Assembly: GCA_033763315.1 (NCBI GenBank)
Contig: JANRKS010000038.1
Span: 1 to 63,694 of the forward strand
Direction: 5' to 3'
Origin: Deltaproteobacteria bacterium
Lineage (GTDB): Bacteria; Myxococcota_A; Polyangia; Fen-1088
DNA: 63,694 nucleotides
This document shows positions 47,785-57,052 of the stretch, piece after piece. A model generated the notes under the pieces. It worked only from the letters and a program-made list of their open reading frames with translations, was not told where the DNA came from and did no database searches. Position numbers and translations under genes: made by a program. Positions within the stretch are counted from its first letter, which is position 1; every line of letters begins with the position of its first letter.

Positions 47785-48417
47785 ATGTCCTTATCTACAA
47801 CTGCCATTTCAGACAAAATTCCCCGACCATTTTCACCACGCCTGCTGGTTGACTTAACGCACCGGCTGCCCGCTTCCTGGGACCCGTTTCCTGAAACCAC
47901 CCCGCAGGCCCGCCTGGCACAATTGGCGAAGGATCACCTGACGTACCTGCAAGAGCGCGCGTATCGTCTCACGCGCAACCAGGCGGACGCGGCTGACTTG
48001 GTGCAGGATACGTTCGAGCGCGCGCTCAAGTTCGTGGGCCCCCGCGTGTCTCCTCAACGCGCGCGCAATTGGCTGTTGGTTGTGATGCACAACCTGTTTG
48101 TGGATCGCTACCGCGCCAACCGCAGCACTCACTTTGTTCACTGCCAGGAGTTGTTGATGCAACTGCCCGCGCCCGAGCCGGAGGCGCCCGATCCCCGCGA
48201 TTGTGTGACCATTGATGATGTTCACAAGGCGCTCACAGGCGTGCCGCCGGTGCTTCGCCGCGTGTTCGAATTGCGAGAGATCGAGGGGCAGTCCTACGCT
48301 GAGATCGCTGCAACCCTCAACATTCCTCTTGTCACGGTGGGCACCCGGCTCTTGCGGGCGCGCCGCCACATTCGCGCGTCTTTGGCCGCGGTCGCGCCGA
48401 TGGCCGCCGCGGCCTAA
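47785..48417 (+). CDS. ECF sigma factor
   Basis: GGAGG RBS; AYRLTRNQADAADLVQDTF, SYAEIAATLNIPLVTVGTRLLRAR. Confidence 0.92.
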   Translation: MSLSTTAISDKIPRPFSPRLLVDLTHRLPASWDPFPETTPQARLAQLAKDHLTYLQERAYRLTRNQADAADLVQDTFERALKFVGPRVSPQRARNWLLVVMHNLFVDRYRANRSTHFVHCQELLMQLPAPEPEAPDPRDCVTIDDVHKALTGVPPVLRRVFELREIEGQSYAEIAATLNIPLVTVGTRLLRARRHIRASLAAVAPMAAAA

Positions 48418-48430
48418 GCGCGAAGCCGCC

Positions 48431-48456
48431 TTGTAGCGCTATAGAATCGACTATAG
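48431..48456. promoter_or_regulatory. putative operator of the GntR-LacI regulator (TAGCGCTATAGAAT)
   Basis: 13/14 match to the reverse complement of the 49571-49590 palindrome; directly upstream of the regulator. Confidence 0.45.
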
Positions 48457-48464
48457 TTGCGGCG

Positions 48465-49532
48465 GTGGCCCTTCCCCACAAGCGAGAAAAAATAGCGGAA
48501 ACGGTGCGAGGCTGGCTGGCCTCGGGCCGGTATGCGCCTGGTGATAGGTTTCCTTCAGATCAGGAGCTGGCGCGCAAGTTCAAGGTCACGCACGTCACTG
48601 TGCGCAGCGCACTCAAGGCTTTGGTGGACGAGGGCGTGCTTGAGCGGCGCATCGGTTGGGGCACCGTGGTGCGCGATCCCTCGCAGGCGCCAGCGGTTGT
48701 GAACGACGCGTTGGCCAATGCCGTGGGCGTGGCGTTTCCCGACAGCACCTATTCGTTCTTCAATGAGCTTTTGCGCGCGATCGAAGACACGCTGCATGCC
48801 ACGCGGCGTCCGTTGGTTTTGGGGCACACGTGGGAACGTGCCGCGCGTGAAGAAGCCGTCGTTCGTGGTTGGTGCGAACAGGGCCTCACACGCTTAATTG
48901 TTGCGCCCACGGGCGGTGACGAAGCCTTTTATCAAGCGCTTTTGCAAGCCGGCGTGCGGTTGGTGTTCGTAGACCGCGAGTCAACAACTTTGGATGTGCC
49001 GTCCATCACCAGCAACGATCAACAAGGCGCGCGCGACATCACGTTGCATCTGCTGGCCAACGGCGCGCGTCGGATCTGCCACCTGGCGGGCCCACAAAGT
49101 GCATCGACCGCGCGGGCACGTGTGCAGGGGTATCTGCAAGCGTGCGACGAAGCCGGCGTCAAGCAGGCCAAGCGCACGATCATCCCCGCGGGTTTTTTTC
49201 TTGATGACGGTTACCGCGCGATGAAAGCGCTGCTGAACAAAGCCGCCGAACCACCTGACGCTGTGTTTGCCGCGAACGATCCCGTGGCCGTGGGTGCGTT
49301 GCGTGCTTTGGCCGAACAAGGTTTGGAAGTGCCGCGGGATGTGCGCGTGGCAGGTTACGGCGACACCGATCTGGGCCGCAATTTTGCTCTGAGCAGCGTG
49401 CGGCAATTCCCCGAACGCATGGGCGCCGAAGCCGTGCGCCTGCTGTTGTCATCCGAGCCGCTGACCCGGTCCCAATCGTTGCGCCTGGATGTGCAATTGA
49501 TGCCGCGGGCTTCCACCGGCGTGGCGTCGTAA
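48465..49532 (+). CDS. GntR-HTH / LacI-type sugar-binding regulator (AraR-like)
   Basis: FPSDQELARKFKVTHVTVRSAL; PBP-like domain PDAVFAANDPVAVG, VPRDVRVAGYGD. Confidence 0.92.
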   Translation: MALPHKREKIAETVRGWLASGRYAPGDRFPSDQELARKFKVTHVTVRSALKALVDEGVLERRIGWGTVVRDPSQAPAVVNDALANAVGVAFPDSTYSFFNELLRAIEDTLHATRRPLVLGHTWERAAREEAVVRGWCEQGLTRLIVAPTGGDEAFYQALLQAGVRLVFVDRESTTLDVPSITSNDQQGARDITLHLLANGARRICHLAGPQSASTARARVQGYLQACDEAGVKQAKRTIIPAGFFLDDGYRAMKALLNKAAEPPDAVFAANDPVAVGALRALAEQGLEVPRDVRVAGYGDTDLGRNFALSSVRQFPERMGAEAVRLLLSSEPLTRSQSLRLDVQLMPRASTGVAS

Positions 49533-49570
49533 AACAACCGGCGTCCGCATTTACGTGGGCATTGCACATG

Positions 49571-49590
49571 ATTCTATAGTGCTATAGTAT
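49571..49590. promoter_or_regulatory. imperfect palindrome ATTCTATAGTGCTATAGTAT, putative operator
   Basis: 16/20 self-complementary, immediately before the sugar operon. Confidence 0.5.
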
Positions 49591-49597
49591 GTGCTCA

Positions 49598-50824
49598 ATG
49601 GAACAAACCGCCGTGAACGCGCTGCTTTTGGGCGGGCCCATGTACGAGGCGCTTTACGACCACGCCCTGCCGCGGTTTGAGCGCGCCACGGGGATCCGCG
49701 TCAACGTGCTGGCCCGCCTGCCGCACCCCGAGCTTAATGCCGAAGTGGCGCGCCTGTTTGCCTCCGAAGATCACGGCATCGATCTGTTTTCCACGCACAC
49801 CAAATACGCGCCTTCGCAAGCGGAACACTTGCTGCCGCTTGATCCGCAAGCGTTCGATGCGCCTGCGTTGCTGCCCGCCGTGCGCGCGCTCGCAACGATG
49901 CGCGGAAAGTTGATGCAGGTGCCGCGTTTTTTGGATCTGCAACTCCTTTACGTGCGTGAATCGTTTTTCTCGAACGCCGCCGCCCAAGCGCATCACGCGC
50001 GCAGTTTTGGGCAAGTGTTGTCACCGCCGCGCACGTGGTCAGATCTCATCAATGTGGCCAGCACGTTGACCCAAGGTGATCTGTATGGCTTTGTGTTCCC
50101 GGGCCGCGACTCAGGTTTGTTTGGCACGTTTTACGAGATGCTCGTTGCCGCCGGCGGCGACTTATTTTCGCCAGACCTAGAGCCGGTGTTCAGCAGCCCG
50201 GCGGGTTGGTGGGCCGCGGACGCATTGGCCGAGCTTCACACGCGGCGGCGCTGCACACCACACGCTTTGCCTCAATGGCACTACGACGAAATCTCGGCGT
50301 GTTTTCGCCGTGGCCAAGCCGCTATGGTGGCTGATTGGCCCGGCAGTGACGGGCTTTACCGCGACGCCAACACCTGCGTGGCGCGCGATGACGTGCAGCT
50401 GCATCCGTTGCCAACGGGCTTTGCCGACAAACGCGCCGCTTATGGAGGATGTCATTCGTTTGCGATCGCGCGCACCGCACGAAACGCTGCCGGCGCCCGG
50501 CGCTTGCTGCAATATCTAACCAGCCACGAAAGCCGGCTTTTTGAAGCAAGTCACGGCGCTGTGCCCGTAACAACGGCCAGCATGGCGCATGTGCGCGCCG
50601 AAGCCGTCGCCTCGCCACGCCAGGAACGTCGCTGGCGGCTGTTGAATGACCAAATCGAATCGGCGCTGATCATTCCGCCTCGCTTTGCGGCATACCCACG
50701 TTGTGAAACGATCTTGTGGCAGGCCCTGCAACGTGTGATGTTGGGTGAAGTTTCGGCACGGGCCGGCTTGGACAAAGCGGCCCACGACATGCGTGCGATC
50801 GTGAAAGGCCAGACGGCACTATGA
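49598..50824 (+). CDS. family-1 sugar-binding protein (ABC type), no evident signal peptide
   Basis: FERATGIRV, PPRTWSDL, FRRGQAAM, GGCHSFAI. Confidence 0.8.
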   Translation: MEQTAVNALLLGGPMYEALYDHALPRFERATGIRVNVLARLPHPELNAEVARLFASEDHGIDLFSTHTKYAPSQAEHLLPLDPQAFDAPALLPAVRALATMRGKLMQVPRFLDLQLLYVRESFFSNAAAQAHHARSFGQVLSPPRTWSDLINVASTLTQGDLYGFVFPGRDSGLFGTFYEMLVAAGGDLFSPDLEPVFSSPAGWWAADALAELHTRRRCTPHALPQWHYDEISACFRRGQAAMVADWPGSDGLYRDANTCVARDDVQLHPLPTGFADKRAAYGGCHSFAIARTARNAAGARRLLQYLTSHESRLFEASHGAVPVTTASMAHVRAEAVASPRQERRWRLLNDQIESALIIPPRFAAYPRCETILWQALQRVMLGEVSARAGLDKAAHDMRAIVKGQTAL

Positions 50825-51603
50825 CGTTGTCCACAGAAAAACCAGTGGCGGTGATCACGGGCGCGGCCAAGGGCATTGGTTTGGCCACGGCACAAATGTT
50901 CTTCGCCCAAGGCTACCGGGTGGCTTCACTGGATGCCGATGAAGCGGCTTTACGTGAGGCGCATCTTTCGGTGAGTCCCGGTGACGCCTACGAAGATTGG
51001 TGGCCGTTGCCTGCCGATGTCTCGTCGTCTGTGGCAATCGACGGTGTGGTGGCGGCGATCAAGCACAAGTGGGGCCGCATCGATGTGTTGGTGAACAACG
51101 CTGGGATTGCCTTCGCCGCTTCGTTGCATGAGCACAGCAACGCCGATTGGAACCACGTATTCGCCGTCAACGTGAACAGCGCGTTTTTCATGGCTCGGGC
51201 CACACTGCCGCTTTTGCAAACGAAAGGTGGTGCGATCGTGAACGTGTCATCCATGACAGCGCTCGTGGGCCAACCGCGTGGCGTGGCGTATACGGCGTCG
51301 AAGGGCGCTCTGTTGGCGATGACGAAGGCGTTGGCGCTAGAGCTGGCGCCGCATAACATTCGCGTCAACTGTGTGTGCCCGGCGGGCGTTGATACGCCTC
51401 TTATGCAATCGTGGGCAGCGTCACAGGCCAACCCACAAGCGGTGCTACAAGCGCAGGCCCAGATGCATGTGCTCGGGCGCATGGCCACACCACAAGAGAT
51501 TGCCAGTGCCATCTTTTTTTTGGCCACGCCCAATGCGTCGTTCATCACGGGTGTTATTTTGCCTGTCGAAGGTGGCGCCACTTTAGGATACCGGCGCACG
51601 TAG
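50821..51603 (+). CDS. SDR family oxidoreductase
   Basis: TGAAKGIG, NNAG, YTASK, VNCVCPAG. Confidence 0.93.
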   Translation: MTLSTEKPVAVITGAAKGIGLATAQMFFAQGYRVASLDADEAALREAHLSVSPGDAYEDWWPLPADVSSSVAIDGVVAAIKHKWGRIDVLVNNAGIAFAASLHEHSNADWNHVFAVNVNSAFFMARATLPLLQTKGGAIVNVSSMTALVGQPRGVAYTASKGALLAMTKALALELAPHNIRVNCVCPAGVDTPLMQSWAASQANPQAVLQAQAQMHVLGRMATPQEIASAIFFLATPNASFITGVILPVEGGATLGYRRT

Positions 51604-51618
51604 ACATAAGGCATTGAC

Positions 51619-52383
51619 ATGAACATTCGCTTCGACGGAAAAGTTGTACTCATCACAGGTGCCGGCTCGGGCATCGGTCAAGCCACGGCGTTGGCTTTTG
51701 GCACAGCGGGTGCGCACGTGGTGGTGGCCGATCGGCGGATCGAAGCGGCTGCACGCACGGTGGCGTTGATCGAAGCCGCGGGCGGCCATGGCACCGCGAT
51801 GGCCTGTGATGTGACCAGCGCCAACGACTGTGCCGCCGCCGTGGCGAAGGCATTGGAGGTGACCGGTCACTTGGACGTTCTGGTGAACAACGCGGGCATT
51901 GGTCATTCAGGCTCTGTGCTTGCCACCGAAGAAAGCACGTGGGACGCCGTGATGAGCGTGAACGTCAAAGGCACCTTCTTGATGTCGAAGGCCGCGTTGC
52001 CCACGATGATCAAGCAGCGCGCGGGATCCATTGTGAACACAGCGTCGATTGCGGGCCTCAAGGGCTTGCCTGAACGCGCCGTATACTGCACGTCGAAGTT
52101 TGCGGTGGTGGGTTTAACGCGCGCCATGGCGCTTGATCACGTGGGCCAAGGCGTGCGGATCAACTGCGTGTGCCCGGGCACCACGGAAACGCCTTGGATC
52201 GCGGAGCGCTTGGATGAAGCGCAAGATCCGAAAGCCGCGCGTGCGGCGTTGGTGGCGCGGCAACCCATGGGGCGCTTGGGCTTGCCCGAGGAGATGGCCG
52301 CCGCGATCTTGTTCTTGGCGTCCGATGCAAGCCGCTTCACCACGGGCTCAGCGCTGGCGGTGGATGGAGGCTTCTTGGCGTGA
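51619..52383 (+). CDS. SDR oxidoreductase (2-keto-3-deoxy-L-fuconate dehydrogenase-like)
   Basis: TGAGSGIG, NNAG, GLPERAVYCTSK, CPGTTETP, ARQPMGRLG. Confidence 0.85.
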   Translation: MNIRFDGKVVLITGAGSGIGQATALAFGTAGAHVVVADRRIEAAARTVALIEAAGGHGTAMACDVTSANDCAAAVAKALEVTGHLDVLVNNAGIGHSGSVLATEESTWDAVMSVNVKGTFLMSKAALPTMIKQRAGSIVNTASIAGLKGLPERAVYCTSKFAVVGLTRAMALDHVGQGVRINCVCPGTTETPWIAERLDEAQDPKAARAALVARQPMGRLGLPEEMAAAILFLASDASRFTTGSALAVDGGFLA

Positions 52384-53375
52384 GCCACGCCGTCGGCCGC
52401 CGTGCGTTTGTGTGGGGCACGGGCGCGCTGGCGTCGCTTGCGGCGTGTCGACCACGATCGCCAGCCAACACGTGGCGCATCGCTGTGGTACCCAAGGGCA
52501 GCACGCATGAGTTTTGGAAAGCGGTGCACGCTGGCGCCAACGCCGCCGCCACAGAGCTCAACGCCGCGGACGTGAGCAAACGCGTGGAGGTGTTGTGGAA
52601 GGGCCCGCTGCGTGAAGACGATCGCGAGCAACAAGTGCAAGTGGTGGAGGCGTTTTGCGCGCAAGGCATTGATGCCTTGGTGTTGGCACCGCTAGACGCA
52701 AACGCATTGGCGCGTCCCGTGGAGGAAGCCGCGCGCCTCGGCATTCCCACCGTGGTGATTGATTCGGCGCTTCACCACGCACCGTTCGTCAGTTTCGTGG
52801 CCACCGATGGCGTGGCGGGTGGAGGCTTGGCGGCCGATTGTTTGGCGCGCGCGCTGCCCGCGGGAGGCAACGTAATCATGCTGCGCTACCAGCAAGGCTC
52901 AGCAAGCACGGAGGCGCGTGAACAAGGGTTCCTGCAGCGCGTGTTGCAAACCCCGTCGCTGCAGTTGATTTCATCGGATCAACACGCTGGCAGTTCGCGG
53001 GACACAGCCAAACGGGCGGCGGAAAACTTACTCAATCGTTTTGGCGACAAAGTGGCCGGTGTGTTTGGTCCGTGCGAACCCGTCACGATGGGTTTCCTGT
53101 TGGCGCTGGCCGATGCGGGGCTGCAGGGCAAAGTGAAACTTGTGGGCTTCGACATCACGCCGGGCTTGGTTACGGCGCTGAAGAATGAAACGCTGACCGG
53201 CGTTGTTGTGCAAAGCCCGTTCGAGATTGGCAGGCAAGGGGTGTTGGCGGCGGTTCATCACCTGCAAGGCAAACCCGTGCCCTCGCGCATTCCCACCGCT
53301 GTTACATTGATCACGCCACAAAACGTGGGCACCCCTGCGGTCGCACCATTTTTGCCACAAACCCATCCCGCGTAA
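52380..53375 (+). CDS. RbsB-type monosaccharide ABC substrate-binding lipoprotein
   Basis: twin-Arg GRRAF + LAAC; IAVVPKGSTHEFW, VVIDS, VGFD. Confidence 0.92.
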   Translation: MSHAVGRRAFVWGTGALASLAACRPRSPANTWRIAVVPKGSTHEFWKAVHAGANAAATELNAADVSKRVEVLWKGPLREDDREQQVQVVEAFCAQGIDALVLAPLDANALARPVEEAARLGIPTVVIDSALHHAPFVSFVATDGVAGGGLAADCLARALPAGGNVIMLRYQQGSASTEAREQGFLQRVLQTPSLQLISSDQHAGSSRDTAKRAAENLLNRFGDKVAGVFGPCEPVTMGFLLALADAGLQGKVKLVGFDITPGLVTALKNETLTGVVVQSPFEIGRQGVLAAVHHLQGKPVPSRIPTAVTLITPQNVGTPAVAPFLPQTHPA

Positions 53376-53382
53376 GTGATTC

Positions 53383-54882
53383 ATGCTGGCCGTGCGCGAT
53401 CTGCAAAAGTCGTTTGGTGCCACGCGCGCGTTGGCGGGCGTCACGCTGAACGTGCAAGCGGGGCAGGTGTTGGCGTTGTTGGGTGAAAACGGCGCAGGCA
53501 AAAGCACCCTGATGAATGTGGTGGCGGCGGGACTGGCGCCTGACGCCGGCCAGGTGTTGATGAACGGCAACGTTGTGCATTTTGCGTCGCCGTCCGAGGC
53601 ACGCCAGGGCGGCGTGGCGCTAATTCACCAAGAGTTGCTGTTGTGCCCGCATCTTTCGGTACAAGAGAACCTCTTGTTGGGTCTTGAATCGCGTCGGCTT
53701 GGCGTTTTGAACGCCGCGCAAAACCGCGCACGTGCTGTGGAGCTATTGAGTCGCTTTCCTCACCTGCACATCAGGCCTGAGCAGAAGGTGAGCGATCTAT
53801 CCGTGGCGGCACGTCAGGTCATCGAGATCGCGCGCGCCTTGGCGGCCAACGCGCAAGTGTTGTTGATGGATGAGCCCACGAGCAGCCTTGGCGTCGAAGA
53901 CAGCCAGCGCCTGCACACGTTGGTCAAAGAGCTCTCCGCGCAAGGCAAAGCCATCATCTACATCAGTCACTTTTTGGAAGACGTGCGCCAGGTGGCGTCG
54001 CATTACACCGTGTTGCGCGATGGCGCGAGCGTGGCGCATGGCGCACTTGCGGATGCGACTGACGCGCAACTTGTGGCGCACATGGTGGGCCGCGACGTCA
54101 CGCAGTTATTCCCCACGCGTTCGGCCATGCCGGGCGACGTGTTGCTTTCGTGTGAAAACTTGGCCACCAAACAAGGCCTGGCCTCAGCATCGTTGCAGGT
54201 GCGTGCCGGCGAGATCGTCGGCCTGGCCGGGCTCATGGGGGCGGGCCGCACTGAACTTATCCGTGCTTTGGCGGGGCTCGACCCTGTGGTGCAAGGGAAC
54301 GTTGGCGGCCCCAACGCGCAGACACTGACGCACGCAGGTGTGGCGGCGCGCATGGCGGCGGGCTTCGGATTTCTCAGCGAAGATCGCAAAGGCGAAGGTT
54401 TGGCTTTGAACCTTTCCATCGCCGACAACACCACGCTGCCTTCGTTGCCGCGGCTGGCGCGGCGTGGGTGGCTGTCGTTGACAAAGCAATGGGATGCCAC
54501 AGCGATGCAAATGCAAAGCTTTGGCGTCAAAGCGCGATCGCCGGCGCAACCTGTGGGGCAGCTATCGGGTGGCAACCAACAAAAAGTGGCGCTGGCGCGC
54601 TTGGCGCAGCAAAACGCAAAAGTGTGGTTGCTTGATGAACCCACGCGTGGCGTGGACATTGGCAGCAAAGCGCAGCTTTACGACATGATTGCCCGCGCGG
54701 CCGATGCAGGGGCCGCCGTCTTGCTTACGAGCTCTTACATTCCGGAACTGCTGGGCCTATGCGATCGCATAGGTGTGATGAGCAAGGGGCGCTTGGTGTT
54801 GATGCGCGACGCGCGTGAGCTTGACGCGCACGAGATCTTGCACGCCGCTTTGGGTGCGCCAGCGAAAGAGAATCTGACATGA
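53383..54882 (+). CDS. RbsA-type monosaccharide ABC ATPase (two NBDs)
   Basis: GENGAGKST, DEPTSSL, EDRKGEG, LSGGNQQK, DEPTRGVD. Confidence 0.95.
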   Translation: MLAVRDLQKSFGATRALAGVTLNVQAGQVLALLGENGAGKSTLMNVVAAGLAPDAGQVLMNGNVVHFASPSEARQGGVALIHQELLLCPHLSVQENLLLGLESRRLGVLNAAQNRARAVELLSRFPHLHIRPEQKVSDLSVAARQVIEIARALAANAQVLLMDEPTSSLGVEDSQRLHTLVKELSAQGKAIIYISHFLEDVRQVASHYTVLRDGASVAHGALADATDAQLVAHMVGRDVTQLFPTRSAMPGDVLLSCENLATKQGLASASLQVRAGEIVGLAGLMGAGRTELIRALAGLDPVVQGNVGGPNAQTLTHAGVAARMAAGFGFLSEDRKGEGLALNLSIADNTTLPSLPRLARRGWLSLTKQWDATAMQMQSFGVKARSPAQPVGQLSGGNQQKVALARLAQQNAKVWLLDEPTRGVDIGSKAQLYDMIARAADAGAAVLLTSSYIPELLGLCDRIGVMSKGRLVLMRDARELDAHEILHAALGAPAKENLT

Positions 54883-55862
54883 CTGTGGCCACGGCTTCCG
54901 CTCTTCCTCAAAATGTTGCCTGGCGCGCGTGGGCCAAACGTTTAGGTCCCGTGATCGCTTTGCTGGTGGTCGTCTTTGCCTTTGCGTTCGCTACGGGTGC
55001 GCCCGATCGATACCTCTCCGTTCACAACCTGCGCGTGGTGCTGGCACAAACGGTGACCGTGGGCGTGGCGGCGTTGGGCATGACGATGATCGTGATCACG
55101 GGGGGCATCGATCTATCTGTTGGCTCTGTGATCGCTCTGGCGGGCGTGACGGCCGCGCGGGTGCTGCACGCGGGCGCCTCGCCGCTGTTGGCCGTTGTGG
55201 CGGCGCTGGGGATGGGCGCGTTCGTAGGCCTCCTGAACGCGGCCGCCATTACGCGCCTCAAGGTGATTCCGTTTGTGGCCACGTTGGGATCACTTGGCGC
55301 CGCGCGAGGTATGGCCAAGTGGTTTGCCAATGAACAAACAGTGGAGATCCCTCCCACGTGGTTAAACGAATTGGCTGTCACTGTGCCGCGGCAAGCGGCG
55401 TGGCTTGTGGCCCCAGGCGTCTGGATCGCGGCGGTGCTTTCGATTTGTGTGTTCTTGTTGTTGGGCCGCACAGTGTTCGGCCGCCACCTTTACGCTGTGG
55501 GCTCGAATGAGGCGGCGGCCAAGGCCTGTGGTTTGTCGCCCAACCGGATCAAGTTGTTGGTCTACAGCCTGGCCGGCGCGTTCTTCGGCTTGGCGGGCCT
55601 GCTGCAGATGTCGCGCTTGCGCCAAGGCGATCCCACCGTGGCTTCGGGCGTGGAATTGGACGTCATCGCTGCCGTGGTGATCGGCGGCGCCAGTTTGTCG
55701 GGCGGCCAAGGCGGCGTCGCGGGCTCGTTGGTGGGCGCCCTGCTGATGGCCTTCCTACGCAACGGCAGCCAACAGATGGGTTGGCCCACCTACGTTCAAG
55801 AGACGATGATCGGCGTCATCATTGTGTTTGCCGTGGCCCTCGATCGGGTGCGGCGGCGCTAG
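54879..55862 (+). CDS. RbsC-type monosaccharide ABC permease
   Basis: GGIDLSVGS, PFVATLG, FGRHLYAVGSNE, ELDVIAAVVIGGASL. Confidence 0.95.
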   Translation: MTVATASALPQNVAWRAWAKRLGPVIALLVVVFAFAFATGAPDRYLSVHNLRVVLAQTVTVGVAALGMTMIVITGGIDLSVGSVIALAGVTAARVLHAGASPLLAVVAALGMGAFVGLLNAAAITRLKVIPFVATLGSLGAARGMAKWFANEQTVEIPPTWLNELAVTVPRQAAWLVAPGVWIAAVLSICVFLLLGRTVFGRHLYAVGSNEAAAKACGLSPNRIKLLVYSLAGAFFGLAGLLQMSRLRQGDPTVASGVELDVIAAVVIGGASLSGGQGGVAGSLVGALLMAFLRNGSQQMGWPTYVQETMIGVIIVFAVALDRVRRR

Positions 55863-55947
55863 AGTCACAAATAAAGACGCCCACTTTGATTGGGCAATTA
55901 TCGAGTTACATTGATCGGCCATTTCTTATCGAGCAACGAGGTATCAA

Positions 55948-56313
55948 ATGACAACGCGTGTATTCCAATACCCCAAGTGCAGCACTTGCCGTAAGGCCTT
56001 GAAGTGGCTTGATGAGCATGGCGTAGCTTATGCGGCCACTGACTTGGTGGCGAAGCCGCCGAGTGCGGCAACGCTCAAAGACTTGCACAAGCGCTCACAG
56101 AAGCCGCTCGCCAAGTTCTTCAACACGTCTGGCGAAAGCTACCGTGGCGGCAACTTCAAAGAGAAGCTCAAGACGATGACAGACGCTGAAGCGCTCGCAG
56201 CGCTGGCGGCCGACGGCAAACTGATCAAGCGCCCGATCATCGATGATGGCACGCATGTGTTGGTGGGCTTCGATGAAGCTGAGTACGCGGCTACGTTTAA
56301 GAAGCGAAAGTAG
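55948..56313 (+). CDS. ArsC/Spx/MgsR family protein
   Basis: YPKCSTCRKA, FFNTSG..YR, LIKRP, VGFDE. Confidence 0.92.
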   Translation: MTTRVFQYPKCSTCRKALKWLDEHGVAYAATDLVAKPPSAATLKDLHKRSQKPLAKFFNTSGESYRGGNFKEKLKTMTDAEALAALAADGKLIKRPIIDDGTHVLVGFDEAEYAATFKKRK

Positions 56314-56350
56314 CAGCGGCTGATCCATTTGCCGTGAAAAGGGACCCAAA

Positions 56351-56899
56351 CTAAAATCCCGTGAAGGTCAGGCTTACGCCCCCCGTATCCCATCGCTCGT
56401 GCGCAAACAATCCCATGGTCGCGGAGGCCTCAAGTCCAACAGCTCCGTGCGGAAACCGGAAACCCTCAAAGCCGAGGCCCACTGTTGAACCAAAGCCGGG
56501 GCCCACTGAAAAAGGTGATTCTTCGTCCTCGGGATCTGATTCGGTGACCCACGAAGGGCCGAGCCCACCGTACATGTAAAAGCGGCCTCCGAAGAAACGC
56601 TGAACGCCTGCCATGGGTGTCGTTTGAACGAAGGTCACACCCTCGCGGTTGGTGCCGCCGGCTTCGATACCCACGAACACCATCCAGTTGACCGCCACGC
56701 CGGCCGCTAGGCGCAGACGCAACAGCCATGCGCCCTGGCCGTCGCGGCCTATGTTGTCGTTCAGAGCCAGCCAACCGCCACCAAAGCTAACGGCGATGCT
56801 TGCGTCCCGCTCTACGGCTCTGGGGGGCGCAGGTGGCATGGGCTGAGCTTGTTGATCTGTGGCCAACGAGGAAGCCAGAAGGAGCGCTTGTGTGAGCAT
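56351..56899 (-). CDS. small outer-membrane beta-barrel-like protein
   Basis: signal peptide, Gly/aromatic alternating strands, terminal F. Confidence 0.55.
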   Translation of the reverse strand: MLTQALLLASSLATDQQAQPMPPAPPRAVERDASIAVSFGGGWLALNDNIGRDGQGAWLLRLRLAAGVAVNWMVFVGIEAGGTNREGVTFVQTTPMAGVQRFFGGRFYMYGGLGPSWVTESDPEDEESPFSVGPGFGSTVGLGFEGFRFPHGAVGLEASATMGLFAHERWDTGGVSLTFTGF

Positions 56900-57052
56900 G
56901 AAATGAGACTACGAGGTTCGTTGCTCGCCGTGGGTCAGCTGACAAAAACGCGCTTACTCTTAGACAAGGTGCATGGCTGCAAGGCGGGTGAACGACGCGG
57001 GCAACTTTGCCTTGAGGCTGCGGCGTTTAACCACGGCGCGCATGCTCACATC

